Of a stretch of 64,000 nucleotides of DNA, positions 1 through 15,054 are shown in pieces. The stretch lies in the NCBI RefSeq assembly GCF_009914755.1, contig NC_060943.1. The stretch is one strand, 5' to 3'. Positions within the stretch are counted from its first letter, which is position 1. Every line of letters begins with the position of its first letter. Source of the DNA: the human T2T-CHM13v2.0 reference genome, Homo sapiens. Under the pieces are notes generated by a model. It made no database searches. It saw nothing but the letters and a program-made list of their open reading frames with translations, and had not been told where the DNA came from. Position numbers and translations under genes: made by a program.

Positions 1-75
1 TCTCCTGACCTCGTGATCCGCCCACCTTGGCCTCCCAGAGTGTTGGGATTACAGGCGTGAGCTACCGCGCCCCGC
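1..75 (-). mobile_element. Alu 5' end, cut by window edge
   Basis: ctcgtgatccgcccaccttggcctccc...gggattacaggcgtgagc is the reverse complement of the Alu left-arm start. Confidence 0.95.
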
Positions 76-275
76 ATGGCTGCTCTTTAGTGAGCAACCG
101 TGGCAATTAGAGCCGATAAACACCATGTGGAATGAGTGGCCAGCCTTTCAGCTAACCAGAAGGTGACGAGTTATAAACTGGAGATTTATATAGTGCTGGC
201 CCAAGGAGATCAATGTGACCCAGCAGTGGCACAGCAAAAAATGAAATAAATAAGTAAATATGTTTTTAAAAGATC

Positions 276-563
<288 letters not shown>

Positions 564-1467
564 TTTTTTTTTTTAAATTGAGGTTGGTGCCTGGATGTAG
601 ATATGGCATCAGTGTCCTGCAACCTCAGAAAGTTGGCTGGGCATGAGCAATCTGCATGGTGACAGCGTGGTGACAGTAGGCTGTTTGGTGCTGTCTTTGG
701 CGCCATATTCAGGGCTCATCTGACTCCAGAGCGGCTGTGTTCCCTCCAGAGGAAACCCATGGACCCAGACAACCCAGGGACAGAGCTGCATTAGCTCAGG
801 TGCCAGAGGATGCGGCAGACGCCATCTCATTTCTTATCAGCTGGAGGATGTGTGACCCTGTGGTCAGTAAATCAGCATGGCGGATCGTGAGGCTTACAAA
901 TTGGTCATGGAAAAAAGTTGTGACTTTTACCCTGTACAAAACTACCTGTCATTTGTGATGTGGTGTTCTAGCCTGCACTGGCTGGATTCATTCCCGGACC
1001 CTTAGAAACTCAGCAATGCAGCCTGGGCCACCGAGAGACTGGGGAAGCCTCCGTGCAGGTGGGTTGACACCAAGAAGCAGCCCTGGCCCCATTGCCAAAG
1101 CCACCTTTTAGGAAGTCAGAGAGTATCTGTGCAATAATTTGGATGTTTGTCCCCTGTGAATCTTACCTTGAAATGTGATCCCCAGTGTTAGAGGTGGGGC
1201 CTGGTGGGAGGTAGGTCATGGGGGTGGCCCCTTTATGAATAGATTAATGCTATTGTGAGGCAGGGAGTGAGTTCTTGCTCTATTAGTTCCCACAAGAGCT
1301 GGTTGTTAAAAAGAGCCTAGCACCTACCCCCTACCTCTGTGATCTCGGCACACACCGGCTCCTCTTCTCCTTCCATTTTAAGTGGAAGGGCACGAGGCCC
1401 TCACCAGATGCAAATGCAGGTGCCATGCTTCTTGTACAGGCTGCAGAATTGTGAGCCAAATAAGCCG

Positions 1468-1783
1468 CTTTTTTTTTCCTTTTTTTTTTTTTTTTTCTTT
1501 TTAGAGACAGAGTCTCGCTCTATTGCCCAGGCTGGAGTACAGTGGTGCTATCATAACTCACTGCAGCCTTGAACTTCCAGGCTCAAACAATCCTCCTGCT
1601 TCAGCCTCTTGAGTAGCTGGGACTACAGATGCACACCACCATGTCCATTAATTTTTAATTTTTTTTTATAGAGATGGGGTCTCCCTATGTTGTCCAAGCT
1701 CATCTTGAACTTCTTGCCTCAAGCAATCCTTCTGCCTCAGTCTCCTAAAGTGCTGGGATTGCAGATGTGAGCCAGCATGCCTG
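1468..1783 (-). mobile_element. Alu (AluJ-type) inside MST LTR
   Basis: poly-T then gagacagagtctcgctc...ctgcagccttgaac. Confidence 0.9.
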
Positions 1784-1788
1784 TCCTC

Positions 1789-2111
1789 TTTTTTTTGGGG
1801 GGGGGGCGGGTGGGGTGACGGAGTCTCGCTCTGTTACCCAGCCTGGAGTGTACAGTGGTGTGATCTCGGCTCACTGCAACCTCTGTCTCCCAGGTTCAAG
1901 CAGTCCTCCCACCTCAGCCTCCCAAGTAGCTAGGATTACAGGCATGCACCACCATGCCCAGCTAATTTTTTTTTTTTTTTTAATATTTTTAGTAGAGATG
2001 GGGTTTCACCATGTTGGCCTGGCTGGTCTCGAACTCCTGACCTCAAGTGATCTGCCCATCTCGGGCTCCCAAAGTGCTGGGTTTATAGGCGTGAGCCAGC
2101 ACGCCCGACCC
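1789..2111 (-). mobile_element. Alu (AluS-type) inside MST LTR
   Basis: Reverse Alu dimer ending gagccagcacgcccgacc. Confidence 0.9.
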
Positions 2112-2479
2112 TTTTTCTTTATATATTACCTAGCCTTAGGGATTCCTTTACAGCAACAGAAATGGACTAAGACAGTCCGTATGCAGGCCTGGGGCTGGGG
2201 GCAGCAGACACAGCTGTCCTCCCAGGTTGGTGGCCTGGGTCTTACATCCGCACTCCGCACGTAGAACACCATACATTTCTGGGAAATAGTATTTCTTGGT
2301 GCTGGTGACTGAGGGCAAGATGCCCTTTCCCTGCCAAGCCATGACCAGTGTTGGCCCTGATGAGTGACATTTATTTGAACTAAATTAGAATCATCAACGT
2401 TGAAACCTGGAGCCAAATGATTCTCAGTCCCACACTCCTGGTGCCAGGCCTGTTGTCACTGTCCCTCGCCCTGCCCCTG

Positions 2480-3140
2480 CATGTTTATGGAGCAGGTATT
2501 AGGTGTCTTGCACTGTACCAGGCCCTGGGGACATGAGGTGAGCAAAGCTAAGGGTGGTCCCTGCCCTTGTGAGTTAGATGGAGACCCTCCTCATTTATTC
2601 CTCATTCACTAATTCATTTTCTGCCAGACAAAGACATTAATAAAAAGAATGACTAATGTGTGATTCTAGGCTGTGATAAGGATATAAAGAATATAAGGAA
2701 ATAAACACTCAGGTACTATGAGACCTACCAAAGAGCAATCTGACCTGCACTGAGAGGTTAGGAGGACTTCTCGGAGGAGGTGGCCCTTCAGCTGCGGTCT
2801 GAAGGAGGAGTGGGAACTAAGCAGGGTTGGTGGGGAGTGTGGGAGGAAAGGATGGGGAGAGAGAATCCAGCATGCCAGGCAGGCACAGGCAAGAGCATGC
2901 AAAGGGCTTCCTGTGGAGGGAATGTGTGAGAGGGCATGAGGAGCACCATCTGGGAGCTGTGGGAAGGCCCATGTCGCCAGCAGAGTGAAGAAGCAGGTGA
3001 CATGTGGCTGGAGACCCATCTGTGTAGGGTCTTCACAACCAGGGAGGGACTTGGGACTTTATCCTATGAACTGCTGCAGAGTAGGAAGACCAGCGAGGCT
3101 GGAGCTGCAGGAATCTTGCAGAAAGACCACTGTGGCCTTA
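2480..3140 (-). mobile_element. L2 LINE 3' region, degraded
   Basis: Purine-rich reverse-L2 signatures (gtccctgcccttgtgag, gacttctcggaggaggtggc, agcatgcaaagggc). Confidence 0.65.
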
Positions 3141-3230
3141 AATAGGAGTGAATGGGCTTCCCCTCAGACATTGGTCTGGTCCATCAGGCTCTGTCTCCTG
3201 GAGCCGGGGTGGTTGAGCCTAATGTGCAAT

Positions 3231-3490
3231 GGAGTCTGTCTACACTGGTTGAAACCAGTGTGTGATGTAGGCAGTGCATCTACGCTGGTTGAAACTAGTG
3301 GGCGGTGTAGGCGGTGCGTCTACGCTGGTTGAGCTAGTGCACAAAGCAGGCACTGTAACACTGGTTGAGCCCCTAGTTCATGATGCAGGCCATCTGTTTA
3401 TACTGGTGGATCTCAGCACACCATTCACGCCATCTGTCTACACTGGTCGAACCAGTGCATTCTGCAAGTCATTCTGTCTAAACTGGTACC
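3231..3490. repeat. Degenerate ~39-bp minisatellite, ~7 units (array 1)
   Basis: Recurring gtctacactggtt...ccagtg at 39-40 bp spacing. Confidence 0.85.
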
Positions 3491-5061
3491 TGGCTGGATT
3501 AGGTGTGGGAGGGGATGTGGTAAGGAGTGGTCAGGATGGTTACCCATGGGACGCTATTGGGAGTTGTCTACTCCCTGAGACAGGGCTGCCCCCTGGAGTG
3601 CTAAGCACCTGTCCACTCTGGCTGAGTCACATCCTCCTAGGACTGGGTGGCCAGGCTGCTGGTTGTGTGGCCCCACTGTGCTCTGAGCCCTTGGTTCTTC
3701 CACTGCCTTCCTCTCTTGTCGGCTCACCATTCAGCCCTAGCACGTCCAGGGCACTCGGCAAGTGACAGCCCAGTGCCCATAGCTCCATGGTGGGGACAAG
3801 CTGCTCGACGGCCAGACCCATGGTCCTGGCCCAACTTTTGCCTCCTGACTCATTGAGGATGGGCCTCCACTGGGGGAATGGAGCTGACCACCCACTGTGG
3901 CTCGGATGCCCACTTCCCTCCGGAGCTGAGTGCTGCCCAGTGGTGGTCTCCATGTGTGTTTCATCCACTTAGCTTCCTGGACCCCTAGAGTTCCTTCACC
4001 TGCCACCTGCCTGATGTAACCTGGCAGCTGGCTGGCACCTGCCCCAGAAAGAATCCTCTCTTATACCCTTTTCTTGCTCTCAGCCCTCTCTCCTTTTCCT
4101 CCTCCCCAAGGGAGCCAGTCTCTACCTGTTGCACCCTCTGGGAGGGGCTCTGCCCAAGGCTGGGAGCTCCGCAGTGCCCTCTGATGTTGGTGAATTTCCT
4201 GTGGCTGTCTGCAGCACAGGTCGGGCCCTGGGTTCCCTGCAGACATCGGCCCTATCTACCAGGCTCTGTCCTCCAGAGCTGGGGAGCAGGGAAGCAGGTC
4301 TGTGAGTCACCCCATTTCCCGTTGTGCCCATGCTGCTGGCTGCAGGCCCTGAGCTGAGTGGCCACCGAGCTGCAGGCAACAGCCCAGGTCGCTGTCACCT
4401 TGTCCTCACTGTCTGGGCCTGAGCCAGCTCCTCCCTGACTGGGCCAGACTCGGGGACAGGAGGGAAGAGAGCTAAGCAGAGGATGCTAGGAGCTGCACAT
4501 TACTCCTTGGTCCCCTAGGCCCCCTCCCAGGGCTGATTCCTTGCCCAGAGGGCGGCCTCTCCAGATGAGCCTTCCTGGGCTGGCCTGGCCACTCCATTCT
4601 GTCTGTTGCCTTCACCACTGTGGACCCCTGGACATGCCCAGATGCTTATCAGTGGGAAGCTGACACAGGAGAGCCCCTCTGCCAGCAGCCCCTAGCCCGG
4701 GCACAGACTGACTCGCACTTGGCAGACAAGTCGTCCCCACCTTCGAGGCTGCCTCTTTTGGGGGCTGACTCATCTCTTGGGACAAGACTCATCAGCCTAG
4801 GCTTGCAGCACTGAGACCCTCCTCCAGCCTTGAGCTGCAGGAGCTTTGCTTCCTGTGCCGCATCCAGGCACCCAGCAAACACTGACCCTGACCTGCCATA
4901 TGCAGAGCCTCGTACACCTGGCCCTGGAGAAGTTGAGCAAACACAAGCAGGTTACAGTGTTGGTGCAGATGCTGCTCTTTCTGGTTGTGTTGGCCAGGAG
5001 GAGCTCGGCATGGAGAAGGTACTGGGCGATTGCTTGTGGGCAGGCAGAGTGCATTAAACTG

Positions 5062-5520
5062 TGCAGTCTGTCTACTTCAGCATAGCCGGTGCGTGGGGAA
5101 GGCAGTCTGTCTACACTGGCTGGGCCAGTGTGTGGTGCAGGCAGTCTGTCTACACTGGTGGGGCCAGTGCATGGGGCAGGCAGTCCGCCTACACTGACGG
5201 AGCCAGCACGTGGGTCAGGCAGTCTGTCCACACTGGTGGGGCCAGTGCGTGGGGAAGGCAGTCTGTCTACACTGGCTGGGCCAGTGTGTGGTGCAGGCAG
5301 TCTGTCTACACTGGTGGGGCCAGTGCATGGGGCAAGCAGTCCGTCTACGATGACGGAGCCAGCACGTGGGTCAGGCAGTCTGTCTACACTGGTGGGGCCA
5401 GTGCGTGGTACAGGCAGTCTGTCTAACTGACGGAGCCAGTGCATGGGTCAGGCAGTCTATCTACACTGGCTAAGACAGAGTGTGGGGCAGGCAGTCTGTC
5501 TACACTTGGTTGAGTCTAGG
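5062..5520. repeat. 39-bp minisatellite, ~12 units, with 156-bp higher-order period (array 2)
   Basis: Units ggcagtctgtctacactggNNgggccagtg... start at 5101, 5140, 5179, 5218, 5257, 5296, 5335, 5374, 5413, 5451, 5490. Confidence 0.97.
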
Positions 5521-5726
5521 GCATGAGCACTAGAACATTCCATGTAGTCTGTGCTTGCCCCACTCTCTGTGGGGTCTTTGCACAAGGTTCAGAGCTCTCA
5601 AACTCTGTAGATTCAGTGGCTTTTCCTGTGGCTGAGCTCAGCCTGGGTCCGGGCTTCCCCTCAGATGTTGGCCACGTCCATCAGGCTCTGTCTCCCAGAG
5701 CTGGGGTGGTCAAGCCCAGTGTGCAA

Positions 5727-5865
5727 TGCAGTCTGTCTACACTAGTTGGAATCAGTATGTGATATAGGCAGGCTGTCTACACTGATTGAGCCAGTGCAAA
5801 AAGCCGGCGCTGTCTATGCTGGTTGGGCTCAGCATGTGATTCAGCAATCTGCCCACACAGGTTGA
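5727..5865. repeat. Degenerate ~39-bp minisatellite, ~3.5 units (array 3)
   Basis: gcagtctgtctacactag..., ggctgtctacactgattgagccagtg, ctgtctatgctggttg. Confidence 0.8.
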
Positions 5866-6504
5866 GCTGGGGCAGCCAGCCTCTCTCTGGCTTGCTGAGG
5901 CCAGAGCTCTTGGTTCTTTCTGACACCTTCCCTTTTTCCTATGTGATTCTTTCTCCCGGGAATATTCCTCCTTACACCTCCTATAGACATCTGGGTCTGA
6001 TTTGATTCTGACTTCCAAAGACTCAGCTTTCGTGTGTCTGTTTGAATCTCCTTGGCAGAGGCTGACATGGGCTGGGAGTGGCACTGGGATCGCACGTGGA
6101 TTTCCCCTCCCTGTTGCTGTGCCTGGGGCTGGGCCTGTGCTGGTGCAGAGGCTACCTGCTGTCAGTGGTCATCACTACCTTGCCATCCCTCGCGACAGCC
6201 ACTCACACGCCTCTTTCTCACAGAAGTCATTTAGCGAGGATTACCACCTTGGTGTGCGTGGTAAATTGCATTTCTCCTGGTTGGGGCCATCTTGCTGTTT
6301 CCTGCTTAGATTTGGGGCCTCATGAGGTTTGGCCTCATCTGCAAATTTAATTTCATGACCATTCATCCCTGTGAAAGCACAATCTATGCCTATTATTTCA
6401 CTCTTCTTGATTCCCTCTTCCACGAGTTAATGTGTCAGCGCACAGCCATAGCAACCACTCCCCGCCCTCCCTCCACCCCAGGCAGCCACCTCTAGGTTGT
6501 GGCT

Positions 6505-6700
6505 GAAGCTGGGACCTGGAGTCAGACCACCTGGGTTCAATCCTAGCCTTACCACTCGGTCACTGTGTGGGCTAGGGACCCAGTTTCCTCATCCACAAAA
6601 CGGGGTTAACAAGAGAATCCACCTCCTAGAGCTGTTGTGCCTAAGAGTCCACAATCAGTGGCAGCTGCTACTGCTATTATTACTATTATTATTACTACTC
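6505..6700 (+). mobile_element. MIR SINE
   Basis: ctggagtcagaccacctgggttcaatcctagc, core cagtttcctcatcc, tattattact tail. Confidence 0.8.
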
Positions 6701-6758
6701 CCGTTTTATCTTGGGTGTCAGGAAGCATATTGGTCAAGGGCCTTGCCTGGTGATGTGA

Positions 6759-7153
<395 letters not shown>

Positions 7154-7446
7154 AAATCATTTTTTTCTAAGCAGTTTGCTAATGATGTCTTCTTCTTGTC
7201 CTGCATGCACCATTGTACATATTTAAGCCTTTTATTCCAAGTGTAGTACACATACAGAAAAGCGAACAGATCCTACGTATACAATGCAGTGAATGTCTGC
7301 AAACTGAGTGTGCTGTGTACCCAGCACTGGAGCAGGGATCAGAACATGACCAGGACCCCAGAACCCCCCCATGACCTCTTCCAGTCATTCCCCTCCACCA
7401 CAGAAAACCGCTCCCCTTACTTCTAACGATATGGATTGGTTTTCCT

Positions 7447-7481
7447 TGTGTGTGTGTGTGTGTGTGTGTATGTGTGTGTGT
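7447..7481. repeat. (TG)n microsatellite at Alu tail
   Basis: Direct reading. Confidence 0.95.
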
Positions 7482-8838
<1,357 letters not shown>

Positions 8839-10178
8839 TAAAGGGGTCGTACTGATGTTTCCACCTCCTCACCAGTATATGCATGAGTGTTCCGTACGTA
8901 ACTCTCCCACTCCACGTCCTGTCCAATACTTGGCATTGTGAGTTTTTCCCATTTTAGCCATTCTATGAGTATGCCGAGGTATCACACCGTGGTTTTAATT
9001 TTATTTCTCAGATGACGAATGCAGTTCATTTTTTTACCAAGGATATTTTGGACCTGGAAACATTATTCAACAAATTTGAAAATTTCCTTTCGTCCCCAAA
9101 TTGTAGAACTCACTTCCATCCCCACATTGTGGAAACGTCTGGCGGTGCTTCTGATTTCTTCTGGGCGGGTTTGAATCTCCCAGGCTGGAAGCCAAGGGAT
9201 GGAGTAGACAAGAGTTTCTCTGGATGAGTCTGGGGAACTGGCCACCTGCCCCAGAATCACGTGGGTTGCTGGTCAGAGATGCAGGTGCTGAGCCCTGGCC
9301 CAGCCCCGGACTCATCAGACAGCCCTTGACCCATTGGTCCTTCTAGGGCTGTTTTTTTTTTTTCTTGTCACGAAACCAAAAAAAAAAAAAAAAAAAAAAA
9401 AGCATGGATGCTGCCCTTTCTGTCATGTCCACGGCTGTGTCACAATGCCCAGAATAGTCCTGCACAGGGCAGACCTGCTGGGTTGAAGGGTTTCCCATTG
9501 TTGTCTCCATCCTCTCCCACCCCAGCTGACTTGGCGGGGACTCGTTAGTCAACTGGGCTGCCGTGGTGAGGGCTCTGGAAGTTGGTTTCTCGCTCGCTGG
9601 GGGGTGTCCCATGTCTGAATGACCTCCTCCTTCTCCAAAGCCAACTTCCAACAGAGCTGCAGCCGTGCCCCCAGCAGCCTTGCTCACCCCCAGTCCTCTA
9701 GGCACTGGCCATTTGAGAGCCTCCTTGGGCGACCTCCTCCCTGATGATGCATGTGTTATTGGGTCCCTCTGGAGAAGCTTAGGAGCCCCCTGATCCCCCG
9801 AAAAGAACAGCAATCCATCCCTGCACCATGCGGCCCCCTGAGCTTTTCCAACACCGTCTTTTCATAGATGATGTGCCCTTGGTCAAACTAAGGCAGAAGG
9901 GCCATTCCTGTCATCAGCTGCTCCACTCCTGCCCCTCAGCGTTTTCATGAAGACCGTGGTGAAGCCTCCTTTCTTTGGGTGTGGCTTGCCCCTCCCTCCT
10001 CAAGTTTAGCAGAACTACTGGGAAAGCAGGATGGCCTGGGGGAGGAGAGCTCTGGGTCAGACCCTTTGGGTGGTTTTGAGACCCAGTCACTGCCACAAGA
10101 GGAGGGAGGCAGTTTCGTATACACAACCCTGACTTAGCTAGCAGGGAGGGAGGGCAAGGGATCCTAGCTGGGATTCCT

Positions 10179-10264
10179 CCTGTAATGCCAGCTCTTTGGG
10201 AGGCCCAGGCAGGAGGATCTCTTGAGCCCAGAAGTTGGAGGCTGCAGTGAGTTATGATGGCACC
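10179..10264 (+). mobile_element. Alu monomer fragment
   Basis: cctgtaatgccagctctttgggaggccc...gaggctgcagtgag. Confidence 0.85.
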
Positions 10265-10629
10265 TCCTCCACAGAGGAGGGAGGCCCAGGCTAGGCCTCA
10301 AAGATGGGTGGGGGGGTGACAACACCTCATGGACCACTCAGCATGAGCTCCGTCCCTGAGGGCCAGCAGTGGAAAAAATGCGGGCTTAGTTCCCCGGAGA
10401 TACTGCGGTCCAGTTGACCCACCACACAAGGGCATAAGGCGATGGTCAGGGTTCACTGGAGAGCTATGGAAGGCTTCTTGGAGGAGGCGAGCTGGGGATT
10501 GCTTACCTCAAAGGCCAGGGGTGAGAACTTTATCTTGGTACAGTGGAAATTCTCTCCAAGCTTTGGGACTACAGTGCATGGACAGTGTGAGCCAACTACC
10601 GTTTGCTTTAAAATAGGGCAAAAATGAAT

Positions 10630-11100
10630 CCATGGCGCACACATTGTTTATGCGATGTGGAGGCGGGCGCGCAAAGACGGAAGAGCTAAAAGCAGTTTGG
10701 GAAAAACAACACTTTTTTTTTTTTGGTGGGAAGACAGATTAGAGAGGTTTATGCTTTTCTGTGATAACTAATATGAAAGGTTTATCAAAGTTAAAAAAAA
10801 AAAAAAAACCTCTTGACGCTTTCTCCAAAATTGATCTGAAGACTTGGCAGATTTGAGGAATCATTCAGTAACGTTTTACGAGTCGATGCTAATTTGATGC
10901 GGCAGACCTGTGCATCGCGCCAATTTACTGCCAAACCAACATTAAGCACGGACCTCTCGCGCAAGGTTTATAGGCAGACAGCTCATAAAGATGCATGCTT
11001 GACAAGTATTCTGCTTCTCTTAGGATGTGGAATATGAAGTGTTTATCAAAAACCACCTAAATCGCCCTTGCCTTGACTCGTAAACAACCTGGCGGCTTCA
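10630..11100. promoter_or_regulatory. Candidate enhancer with clustered posterior-HOX/CDX-type motifs
   Basis: Repeat-free and CpG-retaining; TTTTACGAG 10874, CTCGTAAA 11077, several TTTAT sites. Confidence 0.5.
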
Positions 11101-11125
11101 GGCTTGGGCCCTATGCAGTATTTCA

Positions 11126-12630
<1,505 letters not shown>

Positions 12631-12979
12631 TCAAACATCCCCTTCCTAACAGATTCTCCAAGGCTGCCCTAAAAGGAAATAAAGGCTGCGCCCAAATGAG
12701 ATCTTTGGCCCCAAGGAGATAGATTTCTTGCTCTCATGTTTGTTTCCTGGGCGACTGTGTGATGGATCTTCCCTGCATAGCTCTCTCCATCCAAATATGC
12801 TGTCAGAGCCTCACCAATTTCAGGATATCACTCGAGCTTTGTTTTGCTGGTCGGAAAGTGTTTAACAATAAAAATTATCAAAACTCCTGTCTTTCACCAC
12901 CGAACACCACCGCTGACGTTTTCCTCAAAGGAAAAGTGGACTTGTGTGGCATTATTCTACTGTATCTGTGCCTCCAGCC

Positions 12980-13420
12980 CCTCCAGCCTCCTCCCATGGC
13001 AGTGTTAATTACCCAAGCTTAAACGAAGAAGGTTGCAGGTGGGGGCAAAGCATGCAGACCGCTGTCAGCACAAAGCCTCGTGGGTTTTCGCAAGGGGAAA
13101 TTTGATCTCGGGCAAATGTCAAGGCGTTTTTGAAATCTGTGTTATGATATCAGCTCATTGCCAGTGTAGGACTTCATCTGAATTTCATAAATATTGTATG
13201 GGACTCCCTCATTGCCACCTTGGCCGGCCACAGTGCACAACAGCCACCCCTCAGCACACACACGCTCTCCATAGCAATTGCAATCTATCGCTGAGTTGTC
13301 ATGAAAAGCCAATTGGTGATATTTCAATCACAATGTTCTTGTAACCAATTCCATTCAAATTCTGTCGGAAAGGGAGTTAAGGCTTCATCCTGCTGCTGGG
13401 AGAATGATATGCTAAATGTA
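12980..13420. promoter_or_regulatory. Candidate conserved non-coding element
   Basis: Repeat-free, AT-richer than flanks, CpGs retained; TTAATTA, CTGTCA, TTCATAAA, CAATTG motifs. Confidence 0.35.
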
Positions 13421-13814
13421 GCTTCCTGGGGCCCTGGCAGCCAGCCAGGGCTTTGTAATTTATAGTTCACCTTCGTGGTTCTCCAAGTGACCTTGGAACC
13501 TGCATGCTGGTGGATTTTTTAGGTTCACACGTTGTCCTCCATCCCCTGGTGAGATTGCTCCCCAAGTGAGTGCTCCCTGGTCCATCAGGCAAGAGCTTGA
13601 GGGAGAGGATGTGGATGGGGGGCACCCAGAGAATGCATGGCTGGGGATCAGAAGATTTCTTGTTGCTGCTGACCTTTCTTCTAAAATTGCTGTCAGCCAG
13701 GAAACAGTCAAATATTGTGCTTAAAGGTGGCTTGCAGGTGACAGGAGCCTCTCTCCAGTCCTAGCACACAGCAGGTGATCCTGACCAAAAAAAAAAAAAA
13801 AAAAAAAAAGAGGA

Positions 13815-14040
13815 GGTACAATATGCGATTACGTTCATCAGCTATTTTTGGCTGAGGAATAAACAAAATGGCCCAAACTGCTGCCATTCGAGATTCTAGC
13901 AGGGGAGTGGCATGTAGAAAAGATTAATGTACAGTTAAAACCCGTGTACGGGTAAATTACAGGGTGACAGCTATCTAATGCAAACACTGCAGACGTGTAA
14001 TTAAGAGGAGTTACAGCGCTCGAGGATGAATTTGCTGAGG
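13815..14040. promoter_or_regulatory. Candidate conserved non-coding element
   Basis: Palindrome ACCCGTgtACGGGT 13940, TGACAG 13965, TAATTA, AATAAACA, retained CpGs. Confidence 0.4.
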
Positions 14041-14146
14041 GAAGTGCTAGGGTGCTGTCTGGAGCCCAGGGGCAGGGGCATGGCACTGGGATGGTGTGGG
14101 GGCTGCAGAGGTGGCCAGGAGGAGCCTCTCAGCATCGGGGCAGCCT

Positions 14147-15054
<908 letters not shown>

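Larger units (their letters stand above)
1130..2174 (+). mobile_element. MST-type (ERVL-MaLR) solo LTR interrupted by two Alus
   Basis: Starts tg...tttggatgtttgtcccc, has gaggtggggcctggtgggagg, resumes after the Alus and ends ...aatggactaagaca; possible diverged 5-bp TSD atctg/gtccg. Confidence 0.85.

Noticed and set aside
1797-1815. G-run (possible G-quadruplex) at an Alu tail
   Set aside because: Simple-sequence drift of the tail; nothing indicates function.
4797-5444. 215-aa minus-strand ORF and overlapping plus-strand ORFs with 13-aa repeats
   Set aside because: The 39-bp unit is a multiple of 3, so several frames stay open on both strands; the 38-bp unit at 5413 breaks frame; no gene context.
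3154-5865. CRISPR-like appearance (leader plus palindromic repeats)
   Set aside because: Units are contiguous tandem copies with no unique spacers, there are no cas genes, and the DNA is primate.
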